Origin: a virus
Reading direction: 5' to 3' (one strand)
Length of the DNA stretch: 64,000 nucleotides
IMG/VR virus record: IMGVR_UViG_3300037141_000177
Span: 9,972-73,971 of that record
The position numbers and the translations under genes are program-made. Under the pieces are notes generated by a model, which did no database searches, was not told the DNA's origin, and saw nothing but the letters and a program-made list of their open reading frames with translations. This document shows positions 9,509 to 19,168 of the stretch, piece by piece; the stretch's first letter is position 1; the number at the start of each line of letters is the position of its first letter.

Positions 9509-10000
9509 ATGCTTTCGTTTCTAGTTGCCCATTGGGGCCTGTTGCTGGGCGGTGGCGGGGTTCTCGCCGCTGTGGTGGGCCTGTGCGTGCTGGTCGGTCC
9601 TGCGGTGCTGCTGGCGCGCTGGCGGCTCGTCTTAGGCGGCGCAGTGGTGCTCGTGGCCGGGGCGACAGTCGTGTATCTGTGGCTCGCGCTCGAGGCGACG
9701 ACCGCGAAGCTCATCGTCGCGCAGGCGAACTACGCCACGGTCACCGGGCAGAACGTCACCCTTAACGCCGATAACAAGAACCTGGCGGCGCAGACCCTCT
9801 TGCAGAGCAAGTCGATCCAGCTTGTCGCCGATGGTGCGCGGGAGGCCAAAACTGCGGCCGACGCTGCGCTGGCCACCGCCGTCGCGCAGCAGTCCGTCGA
9901 CCAGTCCAGCATCGTCGCGCTGCAGGCACGCATGAAGGATCCCAAAACCAACGCGGGGAGCTGTGATGACGAGATCGCTCGTATTCGGTCCACTTTGTAG
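9509..10000 (+). CDS. i-spanin (Rz-like)
   Basis: N-terminal transmembrane helices, coiled coil, C-terminal Cys; follows the endolysin. Confidence 0.7.
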   Translation: MLSFLVAHWGLLLGGGGVLAAVVGLCVLVGPAVLLARWRLVLGGAVVLVAGATVVYLWLALEATTAKLIVAQANYATVTGQNVTLNADNKNLAAQTLLQSKSIQLVADGAREAKTAADAALATAVAQQSVDQSSIVALQARMKDPKTNAGSCDDEIARIRSTL

Positions 10001-10316
10001 CCTGTTTCTCTTATTGCTAGTGGCGTGCGGGACAGTGCCGACGGCTCCGCCGTTAATGGATACGCAAACCGTCGAAGTGAAGGTTGCGGTGCCGGTGCCT
10101 TGTATTGATTCAATCCCGCCGGGTCCGCCGGTTCTCTCGGACAAGCAGTTAATGTCGGGGAGCGGGGCGCAAGTGGTCGACAAGCTTTGGATTGATCATT
10201 TGCAGGGCAAGGATTACACCGCGCGACTGGTGGCGGTGTTGCTCGCCTGTATCCGGCCTGTCACTGCGGCTCAAAATTTGGGCGGTTCGATAATTCCTTT
10301 TACCCTCCCTGAGTAA
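9963..10316 (+). CDS. o-spanin (Rz1-like lipoprotein)
   Basis: Lipobox LVAC, Pro-rich, VEVKV.VPVPC; overlaps the i-spanin end. Confidence 0.75.
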   Translation: MMTRSLVFGPLCSLFLLLLVACGTVPTAPPLMDTQTVEVKVAVPVPCIDSIPPGPPVLSDKQLMSGSGAQVVDKLWIDHLQGKDYTARLVAVLLACIRPVTAAQNLGGSIIPFTLPE

Positions 10317-10468
10317 ACCCCTAATTCGGCACAGAATGCCGAGCGTCATCAAGCGATATTACGAAAAAATAAATAGCGCAGCGAAGTCAGGCAGAGTAGG
10401 GTGCGGTGGCGTCCCGCGATAAGTGCGCCAATCTGGCATGCACCTACCGGGACTAAAACAGGACTTCA

Positions 10469-10822
10469 ATGTCGACATATCAAGAGCTAATCGCGCAATC
10501 GAACGAGTTACTTCGTCAGGCCAATGAAATGATTGCAGTGGCGCGAAACGAGGGCATTCAGAGGGCGCTCTTGATCATTAACGAGTTCGAGCTCAACGCT
10601 TACGATCTTGGTCTGGTGCCCACTCAGTCTATCAAGGGCAGTAAAGCGCGAGCCGGTGAAAAGACTTTTGTGGCGAAGCTGCCGCACCCGCCAGTTCCGC
10701 CTAAATATCGCGACGAGGCGACAGGCAAGACGTGGAGCGGCCGTGGCCATGCGCCACTTTGGCTCGTCGGCGACCGCGATGATTTTCTAATTGAGCCTGC
10801 GCGCGAATTGCACGCGGCCTGA
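10469..10822 (+). CDS. hns: H-NS family nucleoid protein
   Basis: PPKYRD..TGKTWSGRG..P.W DNA-binding motif. Confidence 0.9.
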   Translation: MSTYQELIAQSNELLRQANEMIAVARNEGIQRALLIINEFELNAYDLGLVPTQSIKGSKARAGEKTFVAKLPHPPVPPKYRDEATGKTWSGRGHAPLWLVGDRDDFLIEPARELHAA

Positions 10823-10839
10823 TCGTGCGGCCGGTCGGC

Positions 10840-11049
10840 TTATAACTGACCGGCTTCTAAATCGCTGCGTATCTGCTTTGCCATCATCTCCAACATGTCG
10901 GGCAGCTTCAGCTGCGTCGCAAAGTCTGCTTGCACAGAGAAGCCGGAGCCGATTTCCCCGCCCAAAATAATCACGAGCGCGCCGTCGGCTTTCGCCATCT
11001 CGCGCGCTGCCGTGCAGATGTAATCGTATTTACCTGCGCCGAGAGCCAT
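10840..11049 (-). CDS. Small conserved phage protein
   Basis: MALGAGKYD..CT..RE..GSGFS; part of the leftward gene array. Confidence 0.55.
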   Translation of the reverse strand: MALGAGKYDYICTAAREMAKADGALVIILGGEIGSGFSVQADFATQLKLPDMLEMMAKQIRSDLEAGQL

Positions 11050-11082
11050 AATTTTCTCTTTAAATGGTAATGAGTGAAATCG

Positions 11083-11643
11083 TTAGGCTGCGGCGTTCGT
11101 CATGGACAGACGGCCTATCGTTCGAATGTCTATCGGCGCGAGTGCGCCAGGTTCTGCACGCCGTGGATTCTCTAGAATCGGGCAGGTTCCTATCGCCGAG
11201 TAACCGGTCGTGTGGAGCGCCACGAGAATGACCTCTTTACGCCCGGGGAAATGCTCGATGCTCTTGTGTTTGTCGTATAGCGCTTCGACATCCTTAATGG
11301 GCTTCGGGGCTGCGGCTATCCACGCCTCGGCGATCTGCACGACGATATCGGGCATCGCTGCGCCGGCCTCTTGCAAACCGATGCGTATGGGTGAGCCGGG
11401 GGTGGTGAGTAGCTTGATGACTTCACTGAGCATGTCCTTGCCGTCATCGCCGTTTTGGTAAAACTGAACGACCGACCCGGGGTGAACGGGATTGAACTCT
11501 TTGATCGACCCCGGCTCGTCGTCGAGCGTGATGCAAAAGAGCATCGGCTGCGCTTCGCCATCCTCGTTGAACGCCTTGACTGCCATCTCGCTAAACTGTT
11601 TAAACACAGATTCGAAATCTGCCCGGGTAATAGCGCGTCCCAT
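11083..11643 (-). CDS. Hypothetical protein
   Basis: 186-aa ORF with AGGAG RBS in the leftward array. Confidence 0.55.
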   Translation of the reverse strand: MGRAITRADFESVFKQFSEMAVKAFNEDGEAQPMLFCITLDDEPGSIKEFNPVHPGSVVQFYQNGDDGKDMLSEVIKLLTTPGSPIRIGLQEAGAAMPDIVVQIAEAWIAAAPKPIKDVEALYDKHKSIEHFPGRKEVILVALHTTGYSAIGTCPILENPRRAEPGALAPIDIRTIGRLSMTNAAA

Positions 11644-12102
11644 TTACTGCTCCTTTTCGACTCGATCCAGTTTCCCTGCGGCTACCCCGAGCATGAAGCA
11701 GGCGATCGGCACGCGGTCGATCAACGATTTTAGGTATCGCGATTCCTCCTGATTGGGGTCGGAGAGCAGTTCACGCTGCAGGACGATTTCCAAGGACGAG
11801 AGCATGTTTGCTGCCGCGCGCGATAGTTCGAGATTGGTCATGATGCTTAGTTCCTCGGTGCGCCGCACGCCCACGATATGGGGTTGTGCTCGTCATCTGA
11901 AAATAGCTTGCCGTGAATGTGCGCGGTCGTGAGTCCGGCCGAGAAGGATTTGAAATGCCAGCCCTCGAGCATCTGCGGGCAGTCGCCGGTCAGCCTGCAA
12001 TACACGTACACATCGGTGACGTCGGCGTGGCGCACATCGAAGCGAATCTCATCGTATGAAACGGAGCATGCGCCCATTAATGTGTTCCTCTGCCCATGTG
12101 AT

Positions 12103-12549
12103 TTACTCCGCCGCGGCGATCAGATACTTCTCGCGCTTTTTACCCACCAGCCAAGCCGGAGTATGGCCCATGCCGCTCCAAGTGGCGCCCGTTTTGGGGT
12201 CGAGGTACTTGGCTGGCCTGGTGCCCTTGGTCTTGGCTTTGGGTGCCACTGCTTCGCCGTCAGCCGCCAGACTGGCCGACTCCGAGCCGTTCAGCGCCGG
12301 AGCGTCTGTGGGTGCATCGTGCCCTGCGCCATTCGGCGCCAGGCCGTTCGTTACGATCGGTGCCCCCTGTCTCTTTTTGTACTGCTTCTTGGGCTTCGCA
12401 GGCTCGGCGAGGTCCGCCAGCGTCAGCCCGCGCTCGAGCATGAGCTGCTTCACCTCGTTGACGGATTCTGCGCGCACGCGGGCACGTTCAGCCTCAACTT
12501 TGGCGGTCAGTTTATCTAGTTGTTCTTGCAGTTCTGCGAGCGTTGCCAT
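12103..12549 (-). CDS. hns: Second H-NS family protein
   Basis: MATLAELQEQL N-terminal coil; PAKYLDPKTGATWSGMG.TP.W; start corrected to ATG 12549 (GGAG RBS). Confidence 0.88.
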   Translation of the reverse strand: MATLAELQEQLDKLTAKVEAERARVRAESVNEVKQLMLERGLTLADLAEPAKPKKQYKKRQGAPIVTNGLAPNGAGHDAPTDAPALNGSESASLAADGEAVAPKAKTKGTRPAKYLDPKTGATWSGMGHTPAWLVGKKREKYLIAAAE

Positions 12550-12874
12550 GTAAGTCTCCGGTGGTTGTCGGTACAGCGTGGGTGAAACGATTAAGTGCCT
12601 TAGTGCGGAGTTTTTCTGACGACGAAACGCCAAGCCGCTTTGAAGCGCCGGACCTTCGGATCCTGCTCGAGTTCGTACCGCTCGGTGTCGGTGGGCAGGC
12701 GCAGACATTTTTCGTACAGGTCGTATATCGACAATTGCCCACAGCCGATGCACAGGGAAGCATCGCCGTGCTTCGGAATGCCGCCTTCGAAGTCCGAGTG
12801 CTGGTCGAGTCGTTTCCCGCAGTGAATGCACGTCGTATCCAGCGTGCTGGGGCGCTTGTCGCCGAATTTCAATC

Positions 12875-14128
12875 TCATGCCGCTCGTTGACCTTCACCTA
12901 GCCATTTGTCGAGTGCAACACGGGCGGCGGACATGGAGCCGAGGAGCGGTTCGAACTTGATGTGGGCGGACTTCAATCTATTCCGTACCTCATGCGAGAC
13001 GTACTCGCCCATCAACAGCACCATGTCGCACTTCTCGACACGTCCGTAGCCGCCCTTGGGTCCGCTGCCGTCCTGGTCGCCACCGAATACAAATTCGATC
13101 CGGCCGGCGTAGTCCCGCTCGAGCTGCTTATCCTGCTGGTGGACCAATCCGAACACGCCCACGAGAGGTTTGCGGTCCCGTGGAGGCGCGGACACTGACT
13201 TGAGGGTGGGCCGGGCCGCTGGCACGAGTGACTCCACGGAGCCCGATATCTCCTCGCGCAGTGCATCCACGAGCGGACGAGCGATAGCTTTGACCAGCTT
13301 GCGCGCGATCAGGCCAAGCAGTTCCTCGATCGTCACGCGTTCGCGAAACTCTGAGAGGGCTTCCGTGCGTGCCTCGTATGCGGCGAGATCCGCCAGTTCG
13401 ATCGCTGTTTTCTCCAACTCCTCGCGCTCGTGGACATGATTGAGCTGTGCCGTCTGCTCAGCGGCCACCTCGTTGCGGTGCCGCTCTTGTGCCTCGCGTT
13501 CGAGGACCACCTCATTCGCCACCTCGACCAGCAAAGGCTCAAGCCACGGCTTCTCTGTGGCGTAGCCGGCGAATTTCCGTTGACGGTTATCTGGCAAGTT
13601 GTATTGCATGGAACGCCGCACGCATTCGCTTTTCGCCAAGTCAGGGAAATCGTTTTGCAGCTTGAGAAAACCTTTCGCGATCGTGCGCCGCTCGGCATCG
13701 TTCCAGCGAACCAGCTTGGCACCTTTCGCCATGCCCCGGTGTTTCTTGGGGGTGGGCGCGTCAGTTACTGGCGCGTCGGTCACTATCTGGGTTTCAACTT
13801 CTGTTTCAGCGACGGGAGCTGATTCGGCTGTGGCAGATTCTTGCGGCATAGGCGTCTCCGCGACGTGTGCGTTTATTCGATCCCGTTCTTCGGCGATGGC
13901 TTCCCACAGTGGAATAACCCACTGGCTATGTGCCATATCCTTTATTTCCTTGCGCTGGCCTGCTGGCAGCATCAGCACGGCTTTGCGCAGGGCGTCGACG
14001 CGCGACAGACTATTATTCTCGTGCATCAAGCGCAGCGATTCCCGCGCCATTAATTCTTTTTCCGCTGCTGACCATCGAATATCTTTCTTAGTCGTGCTGC
14101 TGTTCTTACGTGCGTAGGGGTGCGCCAT
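12875..14128 (-). CDS. Protein with a duplicated helical domain and DUF2325-like C-terminus
   Basis: Two RW..AE...A..L repeats; C-terminal CD.VL....YVSH. Confidence 0.5.
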   Translation of the reverse strand: MAHPYARKNSSTTKKDIRWSAAEKELMARESLRLMHENNSLSRVDALRKAVLMLPAGQRKEIKDMAHSQWVIPLWEAIAEERDRINAHVAETPMPQESATAESAPVAETEVETQIVTDAPVTDAPTPKKHRGMAKGAKLVRWNDAERRTIAKGFLKLQNDFPDLAKSECVRRSMQYNLPDNRQRKFAGYATEKPWLEPLLVEVANEVVLEREAQERHRNEVAAEQTAQLNHVHEREELEKTAIELADLAAYEARTEALSEFRERVTIEELLGLIARKLVKAIARPLVDALREEISGSVESLVPAARPTLKSVSAPPRDRKPLVGVFGLVHQQDKQLERDYAGRIEFVFGGDQDGSGPKGGYGRVEKCDMVLLMGEYVSHEVRNRLKSAHIKFEPLLGSMSAARVALDKWLGEGQRAA

Positions 14129-14227
14129 TTTCGTCTGCCTTAAAGGTCTTTCAATCCCTCATTAATAGCTGAATTGACATAATAAAAGTTATCAACCGGA
14201 AATTTTGGGGGCTTCCAGCCTCGTCGG

Positions 14228-14899
14228 TCATGCGTGGCGAGCCTTGCCGCCTTCCCATATCGCGACAAAATCTGGCGAGCCATTCAGCGCCCTCGAGTAC
14301 AGCCAACTCGGGTAATCAAGCGCCGGTTTTTTGCTCCATATCTCTTTGCCGCGATGGACCTGCGTGTTTCCAACGAACATATATTGCTCGCAGTTTTTAA
14401 GGACGTCCGACTCGTCCACGCCGAACTCGTTTCCACCGGCTTCGTGTCGGCGCTGGTCGTACTTGTGGGTCACCCATGCGGCCACGACGACCGCAGGCTT
14501 GTACTTGCGCACGGCATCCCGCGCTGACAGCTTCTCGACGTTCTCACCATACTTCACCGTCGCTTGGTCGATAGCGCCATAGTAGGCGCGCACCAGATCG
14601 GTGTCCTGCATCCGGTTGTCTGTCGCGCGAATGCCCAACGCTGCAGCGATCACGCCGTTACCTGCGCCTATCTCAATCGCATCACGGTCCCCGATCGCTT
14701 CTTTAAGAAACTCAATCAATTCGATTGTGGGTAAGCAATAGACGCCGTGCCGCACGCAGAAAACGCTTCGTTCCTTTGCGCTAACGCCTGCGTAGTACGC
14801 CGCTGGCATGACTTTCACTTGCCCATCGTCGCCAAGCACGTCGGGTGCGATGTCGCGAACGCCTGTCGGGTCTATCGTATGGATGCCAGTTTGGGTCAT
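14228..14899 (-). CDS. Putative class I SAM-dependent methyltransferase-like protein
   Basis: AIEIGAGNG glycine loop. Confidence 0.55.
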   Translation of the reverse strand: MTQTGIHTIDPTGVRDIAPDVLGDDGQVKVMPAAYYAGVSAKERSVFCVRHGVYCLPTIELIEFLKEAIGDRDAIEIGAGNGVIAAALGIRATDNRMQDTDLVRAYYGAIDQATVKYGENVEKLSARDAVRKYKPAVVVAAWVTHKYDQRRHEAGGNEFGVDESDVLKNCEQYMFVGNTQVHRGKEIWSKKPALDYPSWLYSRALNGSPDFVAIWEGGKARHA

Positions 14900-16086
14900 G
14901 TTAGATAGAAGTTATCAACGGGAGATCGCGTCAGGGGTTTGCACGAAAATCTCGCCATATTTGAGGTGCTGATAGAGGCCGAAATATTCGCCGCGGTGTT
15001 TTCCGATCAGTTCGATTTCAGTGCCTGGGGGCAGCGTCACTTCGGTGTCGTGCATAGCCAGATACACCACGTACGGCTCCGTCAATTGCGCGTGCCCCAT
15101 GTTCACTCCGTTTTCGATAGTAAACGCTCGTCGCCAAGTAGCTTCAAAAGCACAGTGCGCGTAACGTTGAAGTGGTTGCTCGCTGGATTCGTCTGCACGA
15201 TCGCGCGGTAGACTTCCTTGCGCTTTTCGCGCTCAGCTTCGACAAAGTGAAGTGCTTCAGCGAAGCCTCGCTTAAAAGCCGCGTCCACGGCCAGCAGATG
15301 CTCGTCGGGTTCGGCCAGTATCTCGCGCAGGTCGTCAGAACGCACAGGGATGCGCGTATTCATCCCCCACATTTCCAGTTCACCTTGTAGTCGTTCACGC
15401 GCTGTATTTGGCATAATTTTCACTTTCGAAGTTTTACTAGAATGCCGGTCACTACCGAGTGATAGCCGCCGTCGTCATCCCTTAGCACGGGCATCAAGCC
15501 GACGCAGCCGTCAAGAATGGCCTCGAATTTGAGCAGCAGTGATCTTCCGTTCTCCGATGCCAGGATGACCGTCCCTGAAACATTTCGGCCGTCGCACTCG
15601 ATCTGGACCGCGTCGCCTGTGTGCAGAATTTTTGCATCGTCACTCATGGTTTTCGCTGTCTCTCGGCTCGAGCGTCACACCGCCGTCCCATTCAAGGGCG
15701 ACGGGAGCGCGACAGAGGCCGCAATTTGTGGATTCACCGTCGTGCGAGTCGTCGACGAAATGCGTATGGCCGCGATGCCCACAGGCCGCGCAACAGTAGA
15801 CATACAAAACGTTGGCAACGGGTTTCATCTTCTCTCGCCTGCTATCGATTATTTAGGTATTTCTTGTGGTTCTGGCCCATGCCCGAGCAACCGACAAACC
15901 ACGGCTTCGGCGATCTCATTTGCACCGCCGCGGGATCGCAGCCAGACATTGAGACTCGCGCGCGTCAGCGTTGCGATGTCGTGGTTGCCGACCTTGCCCT
16001 CGTATTCTGCGCGGACGTAGTACCCCGTCTCAGGAAGGTCTAAGCGTGTCGGGTCAACCTCTATTTTGTGCAGCGGTTCGGTCATC

Positions 16087-16485
16087 TTAGTGCGCCAGTG
16101 GTTGCACAACGTTCACCGCCTGGCCGTGCACCTGAAGTTCCTCGAGCCAGCATGTGCATGCCCTCAAACCGCCGACAAAGCCCAGCGCCTCTGCGACCAT
16201 CCACACGGCATGTTCGTTTGGCACCCGGCCTTCCTTGCCGACGCTCATGCTCATATGTGCGCAGGTTCCCGCTGGGTGTCCCTTCTCGATGCTGTAGGTC
16301 ACCATAAAATTGGTGGGTATGTGCACGGTCTGCGCTGTCATCTGGATCATGTGCGCGGCTTTGCCTGCCCGGTGCTTGATGGCTTCCATCAACACCTTCA
16401 CATCCACGGGCCGTGCGCTCGCGCGCTCGCGGAGCTCGGTCAGCATCGCGATCTCGGCTGGGCCGATCATCAGTAGCGTGCTCAT
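16087..16485 (-). CDS. Hypothetical phage protein
   Basis: VTYSIE..HP.G.C.HMS.SV...P motif; start ATG 16485. Confidence 0.5.
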   Translation of the reverse strand: MSTLLMIGPAEIAMLTELRERASARPVDVKVLMEAIKHRAGKAAHMIQMTAQTVHIPTNFMVTYSIEKGHPAGTCAHMSMSVGKEGRVPNEHAVWMVAEALGFVGGLRACTCWLEELQVHGQAVNVVQPLAH

Positions 16486-16735
16486 GGTGCGCCCGGTTTG
16501 ATGGGGTTGCGTGCTATCCATGCCTGCGCGGCCATCTTCGCCGCCAAGCGGCGCGTGACGCCCTCCGGATCGGGCGATAAGCTGCCGCCGCAGCAGGCAC
16601 ACTGTCCGTTCAGATGATTCAAGCCCCCCACGACCGCGCGCAGGCCACACTCCCAATGCAGCGGCGCATTCGAGATGGGGGCCAGCGGCTCTCCCGGCAG
16701 GATCGGTTCGTGACAGTGCTGGCAGGTCACGGCGC

Positions 16736-16969
16736 TCATGGCCAGACCCTCATGAACGCGGCGGTGCGCCGGTACGTCTTGGCCGACGTGTCGTATTTCA
16801 GGTTGTCGGGCGCGATCGCGATATAGGCGTTCAGGTCGAGACTCGCCTGTTGCGTGGACAGCCCGAAATAGCCGCTGATCACGTCTCGATTGATGGTGCC
16901 GTACTGCGCCATCAGAAAGTCGATGAAGTGCAGGCGAAAGGTCTGGCCGAAGAGGTTGTTTCTCGTCAT
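16736..16969 (-). CDS. Stand-alone winged HTH resembling the N-terminal domain of CapW/BrxR WYL regulators
   Basis: RL.FIDF...G.INR..I...FGLS.QQAS.DL..Y...AP.NL.YD.S.K.Y; 77 aa, no WYL domain. Confidence 0.7.
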   Translation of the reverse strand: MTRNNLFGQTFRLHFIDFLMAQYGTINRDVISGYFGLSTQQASLDLNAYIAIAPDNLKYDTSAKTYRRTAAFMRVWP

Positions 16970-17294
16970 GGCGCTTCGCCGCGGCGAATCCTGGCGTTGC
17001 ACGCCTCTATTTCTACCACCAGTGCTTCGAGCCTGACGCGAACCCGATTCCACTCGCGCCAGTACCGACCCACCGTCCGGGTCAGAGAAGTCGCTGCCAA
17101 AAAACAACCGGCGAGGCAGATGCAGTCAATTGCGAGAAGAAGCGTTTCGCCGCGGGCTGCGTTGAAGTGGGCGGCGAATAGATTCCACCCCACCATCACG
17201 TAACCACCGAACAAGGCGACCCACAGCTTCCAGTCCTTCAGCGTCGGCGGGAACCGCGGAAGCCGTTCAGGGACTGGAAATTGCGGCGGTGTGC

Positions 17295-17825
17295 TCACGA
17301 TGCCGGTTCGATCAGGACGGCGAGCTGTGACGCGAGAATGGTGCACTCACTGCGAACGTAGTCGATATCGCGGTACGTCTCGGGGTTCCACAGCGAATCG
17401 GTTATATGCCCGCGCGCCGTCGGCACGAACCCGATCTCGCGCATGGTCGCGTGCATGGCTGGCATTAGGTCGAACGCGTGGCCACAGTCGAAGCCGAACC
17501 AGTAGACGTCATCGGGCTCACCGGGTTCGGGAATGTGGCAGATGCCCTCGCCTGTCTCGGGGTTGAATCCCGGGTCGCACTTATCCGCGAAGGTTATCCC
17601 CCCGTGCACCGACACCGGAATTTCAGAGAAGTCGTGTATTCCGTAATGCGGGTGGCCGGAGCCAACGCCCACGTATCCGCACCAGCTTCCGGTTGTCTTG
17701 GCGCGATGGATCATGCACGGCAAGCCGGTAGCCGGGTCGGTCCACTGCACCTTGTCCGGCTCGCTGTTCCACGGGCCTTCGCCCCAAGTCGTTTTATCGA
17801 GAAACTTCCATTGCATCTCTTTCAT
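17295..17825 (-). CDS. Conserved phage protein
   Basis: WCGYVGV..HP.YG, VHGGITF, WFGFDC.H..D motifs. Confidence 0.65.
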   Translation of the reverse strand: MKEMQWKFLDKTTWGEGPWNSEPDKVQWTDPATGLPCMIHRAKTTGSWCGYVGVGSGHPHYGIHDFSEIPVSVHGGITFADKCDPGFNPETGEGICHIPEPGEPDDVYWFGFDCGHAFDLMPAMHATMREIGFVPTARGHITDSLWNPETYRDIDYVRSECTILASQLAVLIEPAS

Positions 17826-18177
17826 GTCTTTACCTCACGAGTTTTTGACGTCTGCCGCCGCGGTGCCGATTAATGAACGTCGGTCTTCCGGGTGGGCATC
17901 GTGATAGATCTTGCACGCCCCGCAGAAGCGATGCCGCACGTCCTCGGTGTGATAGGAGGTGCGGTTGCACTGCGGACACGTAATGGTCCAGCCGTACTCG
18001 AATGTTTCGGGGGTCATCAGAAGTTGACGTATTCGGTGGTCGGGTCGCCATTCACCCGCCGGCGTCCGGTATCCGGATGGGCTTCGCATACTTTCTGCGC
18101 CCTTTCAGTTTCGAGCCGCTCTCTGTCCAATACGATCAAATTCGTCTCCTTTTCGGGCCTCGACGCATCAGTTCGCG

Positions 18178-18195
18178 TTTTGCGGTCTGCGCAAT
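18178..18195. promoter_or_regulatory. Putative repressor operator TTTTGCGGTCTGCGCAAT
   Basis: Matches TTnTGCG-N6-GCAA, upstream of a leftward operon. Confidence 0.45.
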
Positions 18196-18557
18196 AGTCA
18201 GACAGAGTAACCCTATATTCGTACGGGCGGTTTAATAATGGTTTAAGCGGTGCCCTGCTCCACTATCTTTTCGCAGCGTTTCATCGCCTCGACTTCGGGC
18301 GTCATTTCACTTGGCCTTTCAGGAGGAATGGTTGGAGGAGCGCGCACGCCTGCGCGTAGAGCTCGGCTTCCCCTTCCGAGGTAAGCCAGACCAGATCGTT
18401 GCCGATCTCGTGCACGCTCAATTCGACGCCGTCCTGGTCGAAGCCTCGGGCGCGGCCGAGCGTCGCCATTGTCGCCACGAGCTGGGCGCGACCTTGAACC
18501 ACTGTGTAGCTTCCGTCCTCGCTTCTGTGCACGACAATCATGGCTTTCTCCCTGCTT

Positions 18558-18905
18558 TCACGCCACCCGTCGACGACGAGCAGCTGGTTTCCGGATCCGC
18601 TCCGGAGTGATGACGTCAATAATCGCGTTCGCCTGTGCCATGAGGGCATCGTGGGACTGCAGCCCGACCGCAATGGCGAAGCGGACCGCGACAGAGGGGC
18701 GCCCTGCCTTCAGCCCGTAGATTGCTGCCCCAACGCACATGCTTTCGTTCCCGCGCCTCTCTAGCGTCTTGTGGCACTGAAACGTGGACCGGTCGTCGGC
18801 TTCCTGATCGGCGACGATCTCGGCCACCCGCCCTTCCCTCAGATAAATCGCGCCAAACTTCAGAAACGGGCAGTTGGCGCACGGTCGTTTCATGTTCGCG
18901 TTCAT
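18558..18905 (-). CDS. Cys-rich phage protein
   Basis: RPC.NCPF, F.CHKT, C.GA motifs. Confidence 0.55.
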   Translation of the reverse strand: MNANMKRPCANCPFLKFGAIYLREGRVAEIVADQEADDRSTFQCHKTLERRGNESMCVGAAIYGLKAGRPSVAVRFAIAVGLQSHDALMAQANAIIDVITPERIRKPAARRRRVA

Positions 18906-19168
18906 GTCGGCCGCGCCACCACCGCTTTTACCCTGACCTCGACAAAGGTTTCGAACCCGATCGAGATTTCACAATGGTTACAGTAAATGCTCTTGTTTTT
19001 CAGGCCCTCCGCAATGGCCCCCGGCATGTTTTTAAGCCCGTAGGTTTTAAGCGTGCACTCGCCGTCTTTGGTCTGAAATGACGTTTCCTCGCCGCACGCC
19101 GGACATTCGAATTTCACGGTATCGAACATACCCATGTCAACCTCCGTTAAAAGTAGACGGTTCGTCCT

